This document shows, in pieces, positions 1 to 9,797 of a stretch of DNA of 48,433 bases (positions are counted from its first letter, which is position 1; every line of letters starts with the position of its first letter). The DNA is from an uncultured Comamonadaceae bacterium (lineage in GTDB: Bacteria > Bacteroidota > Bacteroidia > Flavobacteriales_D > Sanyastnellaceae). Location: positions 1 through 48,433 of the forward strand of contig CAYGUR010000002.1 of the NCBI GenBank assembly GCA_964353035.1, read 5' to 3'. Under the pieces are notes generated by a model, which was given only the letters and a program-made list of their open reading frames with translations, searched no databases and was not told where the DNA came from. The position numbers were made by a program, and so were the translations under genes.

Positions 1-35
1 CACCCAACCTGTTAAACGCCAGAACAGTAGGGTCA

Positions 36-104
36 GGCTGCGCCTGGCCATTGGGGAAGGCCCCGCATGGCCATTGGGAAGGCTGCGCCTGGCCATTGAG
101 GAAG
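36..104. repeat. Three tandem, imperfect 22-23-bp GC-rich repeats (core TGGCCATTG(G)GGAAGG)
   Basis: Core copies lie at 45-60, 68-82 and 90-104. The 16-mer CTGCGCCTGGCCATTG is exactly duplicated at 38-53 and 83-98. No ORF of 60 aa or more covers the region. Confidence 0.8.
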
Positions 105-118
105 AATTAGCGCCCTTA

Positions 119-250
119 CCACGAATGGAATTCGTGGCTACTGTCGACAACAGCAGGGGTGGATCACCATCCACCCGTCCTTCACGATAAATCCAATCGG
201 AGTTTCGGACAGGGACGACCGCTTGCGTTCGTCCGCGAGCTTCGCTCGTG
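119..250. other. Cluster of four GC-rich stem-loops in non-coding DNA 3' of the PorP/SprF gene
   Basis: Four hairpins: CCACGAAT-gga-ATTCGTGG (119-137), GGGTGGAT-cacc-ATCCACCC (157-176), GGACGA-N10-TCGTCC (213-234) and CGAGC-ttc-GCTCG (236-248, extendable to 234-250). None is followed by a U tract on either strand. Confidence 0.7.
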
Positions 251-272
251 GGCGCTGGGCCTTCGAATGTTG

Positions 273-1169
273 TTATTGATTAAACCGGAACCCAACCAGA
301 ATCTCGTGGGTGCCCGTAGTGTGATCTCGTAACGTAGACGTCGTTAGATCATACGCATAGCCAATGCTGATGGCGTTGCGGTATTCATAGCCGGCCATTA
401 GAACAGCTGCGTCATTGCTTCGAAACGAAGCTCCAAGCCATACCATGTCTTGATAGGTGCAGCGTGCGCTGATCTCCCATTTCAAAGGTGTAGGCTTTAC
501 ATACTTAATCAGTACGGCGGGCTCAATGGTGAAATCAGAGTTCAGGGCGTATTTGTACCCTCCCGCAACCATGTAGTGGTCTTCCAATCGGTTCGATGCC
601 TGCTCAACTGAGTCGTACAAACGAATCTGATTCTGCAGCAATTGAGGTAGAGTCACCCCCACCCACCAGTCTTCGCCTTGCGCATACGCACCAAATGTTG
701 CGTCAAATACAGTTTGTGATCTGAGCTCTGAATACAAGGCCGGATCACCCTCTTCTTTCAATGAGATTTTCGACCCGTCAATGGCAAATTGAAGCATCCC
801 TCCAGAGAGTCCCAAACCAAGTTTGATCTTTTCTGTAATGAAGAAATGCCAAGTGTAAGAGAGTTGTAACCCCGTGCGCCTGGTAGGACCCACATTGTCT
901 GTATACAGATGTCCGCCCACACCAATGTGCGGATTCTTCAACTGCCCTTGCAATGAAAGCGTAAACGTTCGCGGCGCATCTGTTATGCCCGTCCACTGGG
1001 TTCTGTTCATTCCAAATACTTGGAACTCCCGGGCTGAACCAGCATAGGCCGGATTCAACACATAGTAGTTGTCTTGAAACTGGCTGATTTGTGGCAGCTG
1101 CTGCGCAAACGTACTCACCCCTCCTAGCAGGAAGAGCGCCGTAAACAGATATGTCAACAAATACCTCAT
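273..1169 (-). CDS. PorP/SprF-family T9SS outer-membrane protein, paired with the upstream giant type-B cargo
   Basis: 298-aa ORF with signal peptide MRYLLTYLFTALFLLGGVSTFAQ. It has the family-typical N-terminus QQLPQISQF..NYYVLNPAYAGS and a barrel-like end HEILVGFRF. Its ATG overlaps the stop of 1166..8815 (ATGA). Confidence 0.85.
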   Translation of the reverse strand: MRYLLTYLFTALFLLGGVSTFAQQLPQISQFQDNYYVLNPAYAGSAREFQVFGMNRTQWTGITDAPRTFTLSLQGQLKNPHIGVGGHLYTDNVGPTRRTGLQLSYTWHFFITEKIKLGLGLSGGMLQFAIDGSKISLKEEGDPALYSELRSQTVFDATFGAYAQGEDWWVGVTLPQLLQNQIRLYDSVEQASNRLEDHYMVAGGYKYALNSDFTIEPAVLIKYVKPTPLKWEISARCTYQDMVWLGASFRSNDAAVLMAGYEYRNAISIGYAYDLTTSTLRDHTTGTHEILVGFRFNQ

Positions 1170-4100
1170 CTCAAGATGGTCACAGGACCGTTCAGTGTTG
1201 CTTTGTATTCGGGTTCGTCAATTTCAATTATGTAGTAGTACGTGCCAATGGGCAATTGAGTTCCATTGTAGGTTCCGTCCCAAGGTTGAACGTATCCATT
1301 TCCGTCCTGGAAAAGCAAATCTCCCCAGCGATTGTAGATGGAAACCACCAATGATGGATAGAACCCAGTATTCCCGATGTCCCACAAATCATTCATGTTA
1401 TCTCCGTTCGGTGAGAATCCTGAAACCACATCCAATTCGGGTATAATATGAATGAACATCGAATCTACAGCCACACATCCATTCACATCTACAACCTCTA
1501 CGTAAAACCACGTGTCGGCAGTCATTTCAACCGTTTCCGGATTCAATAACTCATCGTTTAAAAGGAGTTCCGAAGGCGTCCATGTAAAGACGTTTTCATC
1601 AGCCGTTGTTGGATTGCCGCCAATGACTACCTGCTCTTCGAAATAAAGTTCTTGGTCATCGCCAGCCTCTACTTCTGGTAGGTCGAAAATCACTACGTCA
1701 ATCGTATCTGTGTCGAAGCACAAACCGTCAACAGCATTGTAAACAAAGGTGTAGTTCCCCGGATCTAGATTGAGCGAAAGCGTCCCGTCAGGGTCCACTT
1801 GCAACCCGGTTAAATCTGTCCAAAACTCATCCACACCGCCAGTGTTCGTTCCAATGATGGCCATTTCAACGGCGTCACATAGTTCAACGTCCGGACCAGC
1901 ATCTGCGGTCACTTCACCATTGTATCCAAGTGGAATGTCATTCAGCTCGAAGGTGCATCCAAAGTCGTCTGTAATCAATAAGTCATACGATCCCGTTGGT
2001 GCGTCAAGCGCATCTTCTTGGTCTGAGGAGTAGCCATTCGGCCCAACCCAATTGAAGGTATATGGTTCTACACCGCCTTGGACATTGATCAAAATACTTC
2101 CGTCTGATGTCGTCAAACAATCGGCATTAATGAGGTTTTCAATGCTCACATCTAGCGGTTCTGGCTCAATGATTTGAAAATCGAAGGTCATCACACAACC
2201 AACCTCATCTCCAAGGGTCAACTGATAGGTTCCTCCTTCTAGGTCGAACAAATCTTCGTTGGTCGAACTGAACCCGTTCGGTCCAACCCAAATGGTGCTT
2301 AAATCTCCTGTTCCACCTGAAACTTCAATCTCGATGGACCCGTTGTCTTCGCCAAAGCACATGATAGGCATGACAAGTGAATCCAGTTCGAAAGGAACAG
2401 GGTCAGGCAATACAAACTCGTATACTTCGGTGCAGTTGAACGCGTCTGAAATCTCTACTACGTAAGTTCCTGCGTCTAAATCATTCGCCACAAGACCTGT
2501 TGTAAATTCAACGTCGTCTTCGAACCAAACCGGTGTGTACGGACCTACACCGCCTGTGACATTCAGCGTGAGCTGTCCGTCAGCAAAGCCCGGACAAGAA
2601 GGCAAGATGGTGTCAGCCACAGCCTCTATCATTGGGTTCTGAGAAATCACGAAGAAGGTGTCAAGTGTGCAGAAATTCGCATCTGTAATGACCACGTCAT
2701 ACAATCCAACACCGAGGTCGAAAAGGTCTTCTTGGTCTGAAACAAAAGTATCTGGTCCGTCCCAAGCGTAGGTAAAGCCGCCAACACCTCCCGTTGTTTC
2801 CAATTCAATGGAACCCGTAGTGGCGCCGAAACAAGCAATGTTGATTGGAATGGCGTCTACCTGAATGCTGTCTGGCGCGTTGATGCACGCTTGCGATGTG
2901 GCCACGCAGTTGTTGCCATCAGTCACCTGAAGGTCATAACAACCCGGCGCTAAATCGCTCAAGTTTTGTTGGTCTGAGGTGAACCCGTCTGGACCTACCC
3001 AGGCAATGGTGTAATCTCCCGTTCCGCCTTCAATGGTAGAAAGCACAGTTCCTGCCGCTTGGGTGGCACATAAAAGATCCCCGCCTACAGTGGTTAAAAT
3101 CAGTTCCTCAGATCCTAGCAGATCAAAGGCTTCTGTCAAAACACACCCTGCTGCGTCTGTGACTTCAATCACATAGGTACCGGCTTCTATATCCGAAAGG
3201 TCTTCTTGGTCTGATGTAAACCCATTTGGTCCCGTCCAAACAATCGTAAAAGGCTCAGTAGCGCCTGTGATTGTGGCATCAATGGTTCCATTGAAATCGC
3301 CAAAACAAAGGGGATCGCTCAAGTTTGCGGTAATCTCTCCTACGTTGTTTGCCAAAGGCACCTGTTGACTTACAAGGCAGCCAAGGTCATCAAACACCTC
3401 CACGAAGTACTGTCCAGCAGGAAGGTCTTGCGCCACTGCCGTTGAGCCAATCAGCGCATTTCCATTGTCTAAATCGTACCAAAAGTATACGTAGTCTGCC
3501 GCAACGGTTCCTCCCGTTACAACGGCTTCAACAGCTCCATCTGCTGCGTTGCAGGCAGGTGCAACCTCTACAATAGTGAGCGTCAGTTCTGGATTTTCAG
3601 TGATGGTCACCGTCTCTTCAACTGAACAGCCATTGTCATCTGTCACGGTCAAGGTATAGTCTCCTGCTGCCAATAGTGCAATGTCTGGATTCGAATTGGT
3701 GAAGCCATTCGGCCCTAGCCAAAGGAAGTCGAAAGGTGCAACACCAGCTACGACGTTTGTTGCAATGGCGCCATCATTCGCTCCAAAGCAATCAATGTTC
3801 GTCACCACGAACTCAATTTCCACGCTAATCAGCTCTGGAACTTGGTAGGTGGTGGTAAATGAGCAAAGGTTTTCGTCTGTTACAAGCACTGTATAATCGC
3901 CTGTTTCCAGATTAAAAATATCTTCTTGGTCTGAGGTGAACCCATTCGGACCCACCCAATCAAAACTGATGACGCCTGTTCCGCCTATCACGTCCAATTC
4001 AATGGCGCCTGTTCCGTTCGTCCCGCAGTCAATGCCTGAAATGAGCGCTTGTACATCCAATGGTTCTGGTTCGAAAAGCTCCAATGTCAATGCGGCAATA

Positions 4101-7100
4101 CATCCTGCTTCATCTGTTACTTCTACACTGTAGGTGCCGGCCTCAAGGTCAGCAAGGTCTTCTTGATTGGATGCGAAAGCATTCGGCCCCGACCAGTCTA
4201 TGGTCAGGTTTCCAGTTCCTCCCGTAATGGTCAAATCAATGGTTCCATTCGTATCACCAGCGCATAGCGGGTCAGTAGCTGCAACATCCAACTGAATGGC
4301 ATCTGTATCTGAAACGCTAAACATCTCAGCCATTTGGCAACCGTTGTCATCTGTTGCTTGAACAACGTAAATTCCTGCTCCAAGTCCTGTTACAGACGGA
4401 CCATTGGTGATCAGCACCATGTTTTCGTCAAACCATGCCAAGGTCACAGGTTCTGCACCGCCAAGGGTAGTGGCACTTGCTTCACCTGTCAATTCATTGC
4501 AAGTAGAGCCCACTACGGTCAAGTCAATCTCAATCGGAACGGTCTCACTTACGTCGAAGGTGAATGTAGCAGTACATCCATTAAAATCTTGTACATCTAA
4601 GGTGTACTCTCCTGCTTCAAGGTCGGTTAAATCTTCTGTTACGGCATTGAATCCTGGGGAACTCCAAACTACATCGTATGGACCTGTTCCTCCTGAAATG
4701 GTGATGTCAATGGCTCCCGTAGTTTCGCCCCCACAGAACACATTTGTAATGTCTGCAACCACATCAAGCGGCTCTGGGTCAAGCAGTTCAACTGTAAGGG
4801 CCGCGGCACAAACACCGGCGTCTGTCACCGTTAATTCATAGCTTCCAGCCTCAAGGTTACTGAGGTTGGTAGAGGTTGAGGCGAAGGCATTTGGTCCTGC
4901 CCATAGCACATCATACGGTTCTACACCGCCAACAATCACAATTGAGATGGACCCCGTGTTTTCTCCCGCACAAAGCGGATCAACCGCCGTTACTTCGATG
5001 TCTAGCTCCTCTGGCTGAATAAATTCAAATGAAAGGTTTACGGTACATCCGCCGTCATCTGTAACGAGCACGTTGTACGTCCCTTCTCCTAGTCCTGAAA
5101 TGTCTTCATCTGTTGTGTTGATGTCGCCCGTCCACAAAACATCGTACGGAGGTGTTCCTCCTGAAATGGTGAGGTCAACTGCCGCAACGTCTCCACCTCC
5201 ACAAATGAGGTCTGTTACATCGCTGTCAACCACCAAGGGGTCTGGAGCTGATAGGTCGAAGGTTTCTTCATAAAGACACCCTGCCCCATCTGTAATCGTG
5301 AGGTTGTAGGTGCCTTGTTCAAGTCCTGAAATGTCTTCTTGGTCGGATGTAAACGAATTGGGGCCAGTCCATAAAATGTCATAGTCCAATGTTCCACCAG
5401 AAATGGTTAAGTCAATGGTTCCAAGGTCATCGGCACAAAGCAGTGGCGACAATGCGCTATCAACAACAAGGGGGTTGGAGTCAATGATTTCAACACTTGC
5501 TGCGGCAGTACAACCCGCTTCATCTGTTAGCAACAGGTCATAGATGCCTGCTTCTAAGTCTGTGAGGTCTTCTTGGTTCGAAGTAAATCCGTTCGGTCCG
5601 GTCCAGTCTATGGTGACCACACCTTGTCCGCCTGTAAACTCCAAGTCAATAGCACCCGTCACATCGCCCCCACATAGAATGGGCGTTGGTGTTGCGGTAA
5701 TGACAATTTCTTCAGGGGCTGTCAGCGTGATGGTTGGCAAGACAATAACACATCCTGCATCGTCTGTGATGGTTGGGGTGTAATCTCCTTCGGGAAGGTC
5801 AATCAATGCTTCGCCTGCGTCACCGCTGTCCCAAGTTACAATGAAGGGTGGCACACCTCCAGAAATGTTCAATGTGATGGTTCCGTCTGTGTCTCCAAAG
5901 CACGTGGGGTTGGTAGAATCAACCGTTACATCAATCGGTGCGGGTTCTGTAATCTCTACCGCCGTTTCAATCCAACAGTCGTTTTGATCAACTACAAGCA
6001 GGTTGTAGAATCCTGGCTCCAAACCTGAGATGTCTTCGTCATTTGAAATAAATAGGTTCGGACCTGCCCAGTTGATCTGATAAGGAGGCTGTCCGCCAGC
6101 CATGGTTAAGTCAATGGCTGCGTCGTCTGCCCCATTGCAAGAAATCGGTGTGATGTCGAGCGTTGCTTCCAACGGTGGAATTTCTCCAACGGTTGTGGTT
6201 GCTTCAATAGAGCAGCCAGCCACGTCTGTAATGGTTACGGTGTAATCACCGGCAATCAATCCAGTAAGGTCTTCTTGGTTCGAAGTGAATCCGTCAGGGC
6301 CAACCCAATTTGTTTGGTAACCTGGATTTCCACCCAAAATGCTCAATTCGATTTCGCCATCATTCGACCCACCACAACTTACGTCTGTAGGCACGAGTAC
6401 CGCAATAATCGGGTCTGGATTCGCGATGGCAACTGAAGCAGGAACCACGCATCCCGTGGCGTCTGTCAGAATCAGGTTGTAAACACCTTCGTCCAGTCCC
6501 GCAAGGTCTTCTTGATCTGAGGTAAAGCCATTCGGACCAGTCCATTCGAAGGTATAATCAGGTGAGCCGCCCGTCACGGTCACGTCCACAATAGCGTCCG
6601 CTGCTCCTTCACACGAAATGGGCGTAAGATCAATGTCGATGTCAATTGGAGCTGGATCCTCAAGTGTAAACGTAGCTGTCACAAAACACCCTGCATTGTC
6701 AATAACCAACAGATTGTAGTCGCCTGGCTGCAGGTTTGAAATAAGGAGTTGGTTCGAAAAGAATCCGCCCGGACCAGACCAGTCAATGGTGTAGGGGCCT
6801 TCCCCGCCAGTAACCACAATTTCGATGGCCCCGTCATCGCTTCCGTTGCACGTAATGGGTGTTACGGTGGCATCAATCAGTAACTCTTCTGGTTCTGCGA
6901 TGGTGTAAACGAAGGTCTCTTCACATCCGCTGTTATCTGTCACAACCAAGGTATAATCACCTCCCACAAGGTTAGAAATGTCTTCATTGGTTGAAACGAA
7001 GCCGTTCGGACCGGTCCAATCTGTATTGTACGGATTCGCTCCGCCTGAAATGACTACGCTGATGGCACCATTGGTATCGCCAAAGCACTGCAAATCTGTA

Positions 7101-8815
7101 ATGGTCTCGTCAACAACTAAGGCTGGCGGACCTGTTAGTTCCAGCGAAAGAACAGCTGTACAGCCGTTGTCATCTGTCACAAGGAGGTCGTAGGTTCCTA
7201 CTTCCAACCCTGTTAAATCTTCTTGGTCTGAGGTGAAGCCATTCGGACCCGTCCACGCAATCACATAGGGCTCGGTTCCGTCAGCAATGGTCACGTCAAT
7301 GCTTCCGTCCAATGTGTTCGCACACCCTGGATCTTCGGTATTGTCAATGGTAATGGAAACGGGTGGTTCTTCAGTAACGGTAAACGTGCTGTCAACGGAA
7401 CATCCTGAACCGTCTTCTACAGTCACAACGTAATCACCGGCAGCTAAACCTGTTACGGTTGGCCCGGTAGCGGGAAGGTCCCACGAAATGGTGTACGGAC
7501 CGCCGTCTCCCCCGCTTGGGTTTGAGGTGGCCTCTCCTGTATTCGTTCCGAAACAAAGCACATTAGTGATGTCAAGGTTGACGAAAATCTCATTCAATTC
7601 TACGGTAAACGATGTGTCAAAAGCACAGCCATTCAAATCTTCAAAATGAAGCGTGTTGAGTCCTTCGCACAGCATGGTAGCTGTTTGGGTGTCTTCTCCA
7701 TTGCCCCAGTCAAAACTGTATGGACTCACACCACCAATGACTACCGGCGAGCCTGAACCATTGCACTCTCCTGCGCACGTTGGCGGATTGTAGATAAAGT
7801 CGAATACAGTTAAAGGCGCTGGTTCAGTGAGTTGTACGTTGTCAACGCATGTGATTCCTTGACCTTGGTCTGTTACAAGCACGGTGTAGGTTCCTGCGCC
7901 AAGGCCCGGATTGTTGGGCGTCAAGGTTCCTCCAACCCATGTGTAAGAGAAGGGCCCCACGCCACCAATAACGGTCACAAATGCAATTCCATCTTCGGCA
8001 TCGTTACACGAAATGTCTTCGCCATTGTAATCCGAAATAACGGAAGTACTAATGGTGAAGGGTGTTTGTCCTACCCCGTTGCCACAGGTGTTATCTCTAT
8101 TCCAGTCTACCCAAAGAGGCCCTGGATTTACATCGCAGTTGGTTTCTGGAAGTACGGTTTCTTCAAGTTGTGAGGCTTGAATGGACGGATGAGCATAGAG
8201 TTGTTCTGCAACAACAATTTTGCTTCCATTCAATGCAAGGTGTGTGTGACTGTTCGTTGCGTTGAATGCATTGCACACAATTCCTCTTCCTGTGGCGTCT
8301 AGGTTTCCGTGCACAATGTGCAGCTCATTGGACGCCAACATCAGGTTGCTTTCCAAAACTACGGTTGAATTGTTCTGAATTCGAAGGTCTGAAAGAAGGG
8401 AGTTGTTCGCGTTGAAGAGTTGTGTAGTTCCGCCTTCAAAGATGAGGGCATCACATTGGAGGGTAAAGTTGGTTTGGTTCGAAAGGTTTCCAGAAATGTG
8501 AAGATTTCCGCCTGAAAGGCTTCCTTCATTTCCATTTTGAACGATCAGATTGGCACAAAAGGCATCATTTGGAATGGTCACATCCACATTTCCGTTCAAA
8601 AAGACCACATCATCTTGGGCTGTTGGAATGCCGAAACCACCCTGTCCGTTTGGTGCTGAAGACCACATGGCAGGATTATCCCACGCACCGTTGCCTCCCG
8701 TCCAGTAGTGCTGGGCGAACGAACTTGGGGTGAAGACGTGTAAGACCACAAGGGTCAAAATTATTCGAAAGGTCAACTTCAAAGAATGAATGTTTCGGGT
8801 TTCCTCCTTCCACAT
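1166..8815 (-). CDS. Giant SprB-like cell-surface adhesin with a T9SS type-B C-terminal sorting domain
   Basis: 2549-aa ORF with N-terminal signal/TM segment ILTLVVLHVFTPSSFAQ. About 26 tandem ~77-aa repeats each carry an SprB-repeat-like core (C.G...G.I.l.i.GG..PY...W.GPNGFTSDQEDL..L..G.Y.l.VTD..GC). The C-terminus FSPNGDNMNDLWDIGN..YP...VSIYNRWGDLLF....YVQPWDGTYNGTQLPIGTYYYIIEI matches the gliding-motility-associated (type-B) CTD. Confidence 0.9.
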   Translation of the reverse strand: MWKEETRNIHSLKLTFRIILTLVVLHVFTPSSFAQHYWTGGNGAWDNPAMWSSAPNGQGGFGIPTAQDDVVFLNGNVDVTIPNDAFCANLIVQNGNEGSLSGGNLHISGNLSNQTNFTLQCDALIFEGGTTQLFNANNSLLSDLRIQNNSTVVLESNLMLASNELHIVHGNLDATGRGIVCNAFNATNSHTHLALNGSKIVVAEQLYAHPSIQASQLEETVLPETNCDVNPGPLWVDWNRDNTCGNGVGQTPFTISTSVISDYNGEDISCNDAEDGIAFVTVIGGVGPFSYTWVGGTLTPNNPGLGAGTYTVLVTDQGQGITCVDNVQLTEPAPLTVFDFIYNPPTCAGECNGSGSPVVIGGVSPYSFDWGNGEDTQTATMLCEGLNTLHFEDLNGCAFDTSFTVELNEIFVNLDITNVLCFGTNTGEATSNPSGGDGGPYTISWDLPATGPTVTGLAAGDYVVTVEDGSGCSVDSTFTVTEEPPVSITIDNTEDPGCANTLDGSIDVTIADGTEPYVIAWTGPNGFTSDQEDLTGLEVGTYDLLVTDDNGCTAVLSLELTGPPALVVDETITDLQCFGDTNGAISVVISGGANPYNTDWTGPNGFVSTNEDISNLVGGDYTLVVTDNSGCEETFVYTIAEPEELLIDATVTPITCNGSDDGAIEIVVTGGEGPYTIDWSGPGGFFSNQLLISNLQPGDYNLLVIDNAGCFVTATFTLEDPAPIDIDIDLTPISCEGAADAIVDVTVTGGSPDYTFEWTGPNGFTSDQEDLAGLDEGVYNLILTDATGCVVPASVAIANPDPIIAVLVPTDVSCGGSNDGEIELSILGGNPGYQTNWVGPDGFTSNQEDLTGLIAGDYTVTITDVAGCSIEATTTVGEIPPLEATLDITPISCNGADDAAIDLTMAGGQPPYQINWAGPNLFISNDEDISGLEPGFYNLLVVDQNDCWIETAVEITEPAPIDVTVDSTNPTCFGDTDGTITLNISGGVPPFIVTWDSGDAGEALIDLPEGDYTPTITDDAGCVIVLPTITLTAPEEIVITATPTPILCGGDVTGAIDLEFTGGQGVVTIDWTGPNGFTSNQEDLTDLEAGIYDLLLTDEAGCTAAASVEIIDSNPLVVDSALSPLLCADDLGTIDLTISGGTLDYDILWTGPNSFTSDQEDISGLEQGTYNLTITDGAGCLYEETFDLSAPDPLVVDSDVTDLICGGGDVAAVDLTISGGTPPYDVLWTGDINTTDEDISGLGEGTYNVLVTDDGGCTVNLSFEFIQPEELDIEVTAVDPLCAGENTGSISIVIVGGVEPYDVLWAGPNAFASTSTNLSNLEAGSYELTVTDAGVCAAALTVELLDPEPLDVVADITNVFCGGETTGAIDITISGGTGPYDVVWSSPGFNAVTEDLTDLEAGEYTLDVQDFNGCTATFTFDVSETVPIEIDLTVVGSTCNELTGEASATTLGGAEPVTLAWFDENMVLITNGPSVTGLGAGIYVVQATDDNGCQMAEMFSVSDTDAIQLDVAATDPLCAGDTNGTIDLTITGGTGNLTIDWSGPNAFASNQEDLADLEAGTYSVEVTDEAGCIAALTLELFEPEPLDVQALISGIDCGTNGTGAIELDVIGGTGVISFDWVGPNGFTSDQEDIFNLETGDYTVLVTDENLCSFTTTYQVPELISVEIEFVVTNIDCFGANDGAIATNVVAGVAPFDFLWLGPNGFTNSNPDIALLAAGDYTLTVTDDNGCSVEETVTITENPELTLTIVEVAPACNAADGAVEAVVTGGTVAADYVYFWYDLDNGNALIGSTAVAQDLPAGQYFVEVFDDLGCLVSQQVPLANNVGEITANLSDPLCFGDFNGTIDATITGATEPFTIVWTGPNGFTSDQEDLSDIEAGTYVIEVTDAAGCVLTEAFDLLGSEELILTTVGGDLLCATQAAGTVLSTIEGGTGDYTIAWVGPDGFTSDQQNLSDLAPGCYDLQVTDGNNCVATSQACINAPDSIQVDAIPINIACFGATTGSIELETTGGVGGFTYAWDGPDTFVSDQEDLFDLGVGLYDVVITDANFCTLDTFFVISQNPMIEAVADTILPSCPGFADGQLTLNVTGGVGPYTPVWFEDDVEFTTGLVANDLDAGTYVVEISDAFNCTEVYEFVLPDPVPFELDSLVMPIMCFGEDNGSIEIEVSGGTGDLSTIWVGPNGFSSTNEDLFDLEGGTYQLTLGDEVGCVMTFDFQIIEPEPLDVSIENLINADCLTTSDGSILINVQGGVEPYTFNWVGPNGYSSDQEDALDAPTGSYDLLITDDFGCTFELNDIPLGYNGEVTADAGPDVELCDAVEMAIIGTNTGGVDEFWTDLTGLQVDPDGTLSLNLDPGNYTFVYNAVDGLCFDTDTIDVVIFDLPEVEAGDDQELYFEEQVVIGGNPTTADENVFTWTPSELLLNDELLNPETVEMTADTWFYVEVVDVNGCVAVDSMFIHIIPELDVVSGFSPNGDNMNDLWDIGNTGFYPSLVVSIYNRWGDLLFQDGNGYVQPWDGTYNGTQLPIGTYYYIIEIDEPEYKATLNGPVTILR
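1950..8040 (-). repeat. Intragenic tandem repeat array (~26 x ~230 nt) inside the SprB-like gene
   Basis: The periodicity is clear at protein level. At DNA level a ~35-40-nt segment encoding GPNGFTSDQEDL recurs in diverged form, e.g. ttggtctgaggtgaacccattcggacc-like copies near 2010, 2735, 2965, 3205, 3926, 4150, 5335, 5565, 6268, 6505 and 7213. Boundaries are approximate. Confidence 0.8.
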
Positions 8816-8858
8816 TACGTATAGGGTGGTGCTCTTGTTTCAGTTTTCTTTCAATACT

Positions 8859-9797
8859 TCAATCATATGCTGCACATCTCGTCCTACTTCCTTCTCCTTT
8901 TGCGCATGCTTGAATACCGATAATGACTTCATGGGTGCTTCTGCCATCGTATCTAATTCTTGACAATGCGAAGTCATAAGCATAAGCCAAGGTCACGTAC
9001 TTAAAAATATCTACTTTGAACAATCCGGTCAATCCGCTTTCACTTCTAAACCCAACGCCCAACTCCACCATTTGTTTGTAGTCAAAGATGGCAGTGGCGT
9101 CCAGAGAAACTCTAGACTGGGCAGCGTATTTCAGCATCGCAGATGGTTTAAATGAAAATCCGTCTTGCATTTCAATGTTCTTGCCTGCGGCGAAGGTAAA
9201 ATGCCGTTGCATCTGTGAATCGATTCCGATGCTTTGAATGGTGTTTTCAACCACGTTCTGAATAGAGAAGCCGTAGAAGCGGTCTTCTTTGTACAGCCAC
9301 AGTCCGAATTGGATTTGAGGAAACATGAATTGACTTGCTTGAACATCGTCAAAGGCCGGGTCATTCACGAACTGCACATCAGGAAGCGTAATTGTTCCCA
9401 CGTCAACGCGGTATTGCATAAAACCGAGACCAACTCCTGCACTGAGGTAATAGCGCCTGTTCATCTTCATGTGATAGGCATACGCCAAGTTCAATCCGAG
9501 GATGCCCAAGGGGCCGGCATCGTCATTCATAACTTGGGCTCCAAGTCCATGAAAGTTGTGCTTTTTCTTCCCAAAGCTACCGTGAATGTTACCAAAAGCC
9601 GTTTCCGGTGCTTCTGAAACACCCATCCACTGTCTGCGGTACCCTAGCTTCATATCAAGGCAGGGTTTGGAACCTGCCACAGCCGGATTGATCTGAAAAT
9701 AGTTCAGAACATAGTTCGAATAGATTGGAAGCTGTTGTGCGTCTGCTTCGTGGCAAAAGGCAATCAACAGGAGTGCTATGACGAAACGAGCCTTCAT
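8859..9797 (-). CDS. PorP/SprF-family T9SS outer-membrane protein, paired with the upstream 335-aa type-B cargo
   Basis: 312-aa ORF with signal peptide MKARFVIALLLIAFCHEADAQ. It has the family N-terminus QQLPIYSNYVLNYFQINPAVAGS and a barrel-like end STHEVIIGIQ. Its ATG shares one nucleotide with the stop of 9797..10804 (TAATG). Confidence 0.85.
   Translation of the reverse strand: MKARFVIALLLIAFCHEADAQQLPIYSNYVLNYFQINPAVAGSKPCLDMKLGYRRQWMGVSEAPETAFGNIHGSFGKKKHNFHGLGAQVMNDDAGPLGILGLNLAYAYHMKMNRRYYLSAGVGLGFMQYRVDVGTITLPDVQFVNDPAFDDVQASQFMFPQIQFGLWLYKEDRFYGFSIQNVVENTIQSIGIDSQMQRHFTFAAGKNIEMQDGFSFKPSAMLKYAAQSRVSLDATAIFDYKQMVELGVGFRSESGLTGLFKVDIFKYVTLAYAYDFALSRIRYDGRSTHEVIIGIQACAKGEGSRTRCAAYD

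Noticed and set aside
36-104. Possibility of a CRISPR array
   Set aside because: There are only three directly abutting 22-23-bp units with no spacers, and no cas genes are present in the window.
1-272. Riboswitch, tmRNA, RNase P or SRP RNA identity for the GC-rich block
   Set aside because: I could not find the conserved cores of these RNAs by eye on either strand (for example the GGAAAGUCCGG-type RNase P core, a tmRNA tag ORF with its acceptor end, or the B12, TPP and SAM boxes). It is kept as an unexplained element in the findings instead.
1151-8265. Many 60-145-aa ORFs on the + strand (e.g. 4404..4841, 7832..8173, 1195..1446) antisense to the giant adhesin gene
   Set aside because: They lie opposite a 7.6-kb uninterrupted, clearly coding repeat gene. 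Their translations are low-complexity (Ser/Pro/Val-rich), periodic mirror images of the repeats, and they have no start context or motifs.
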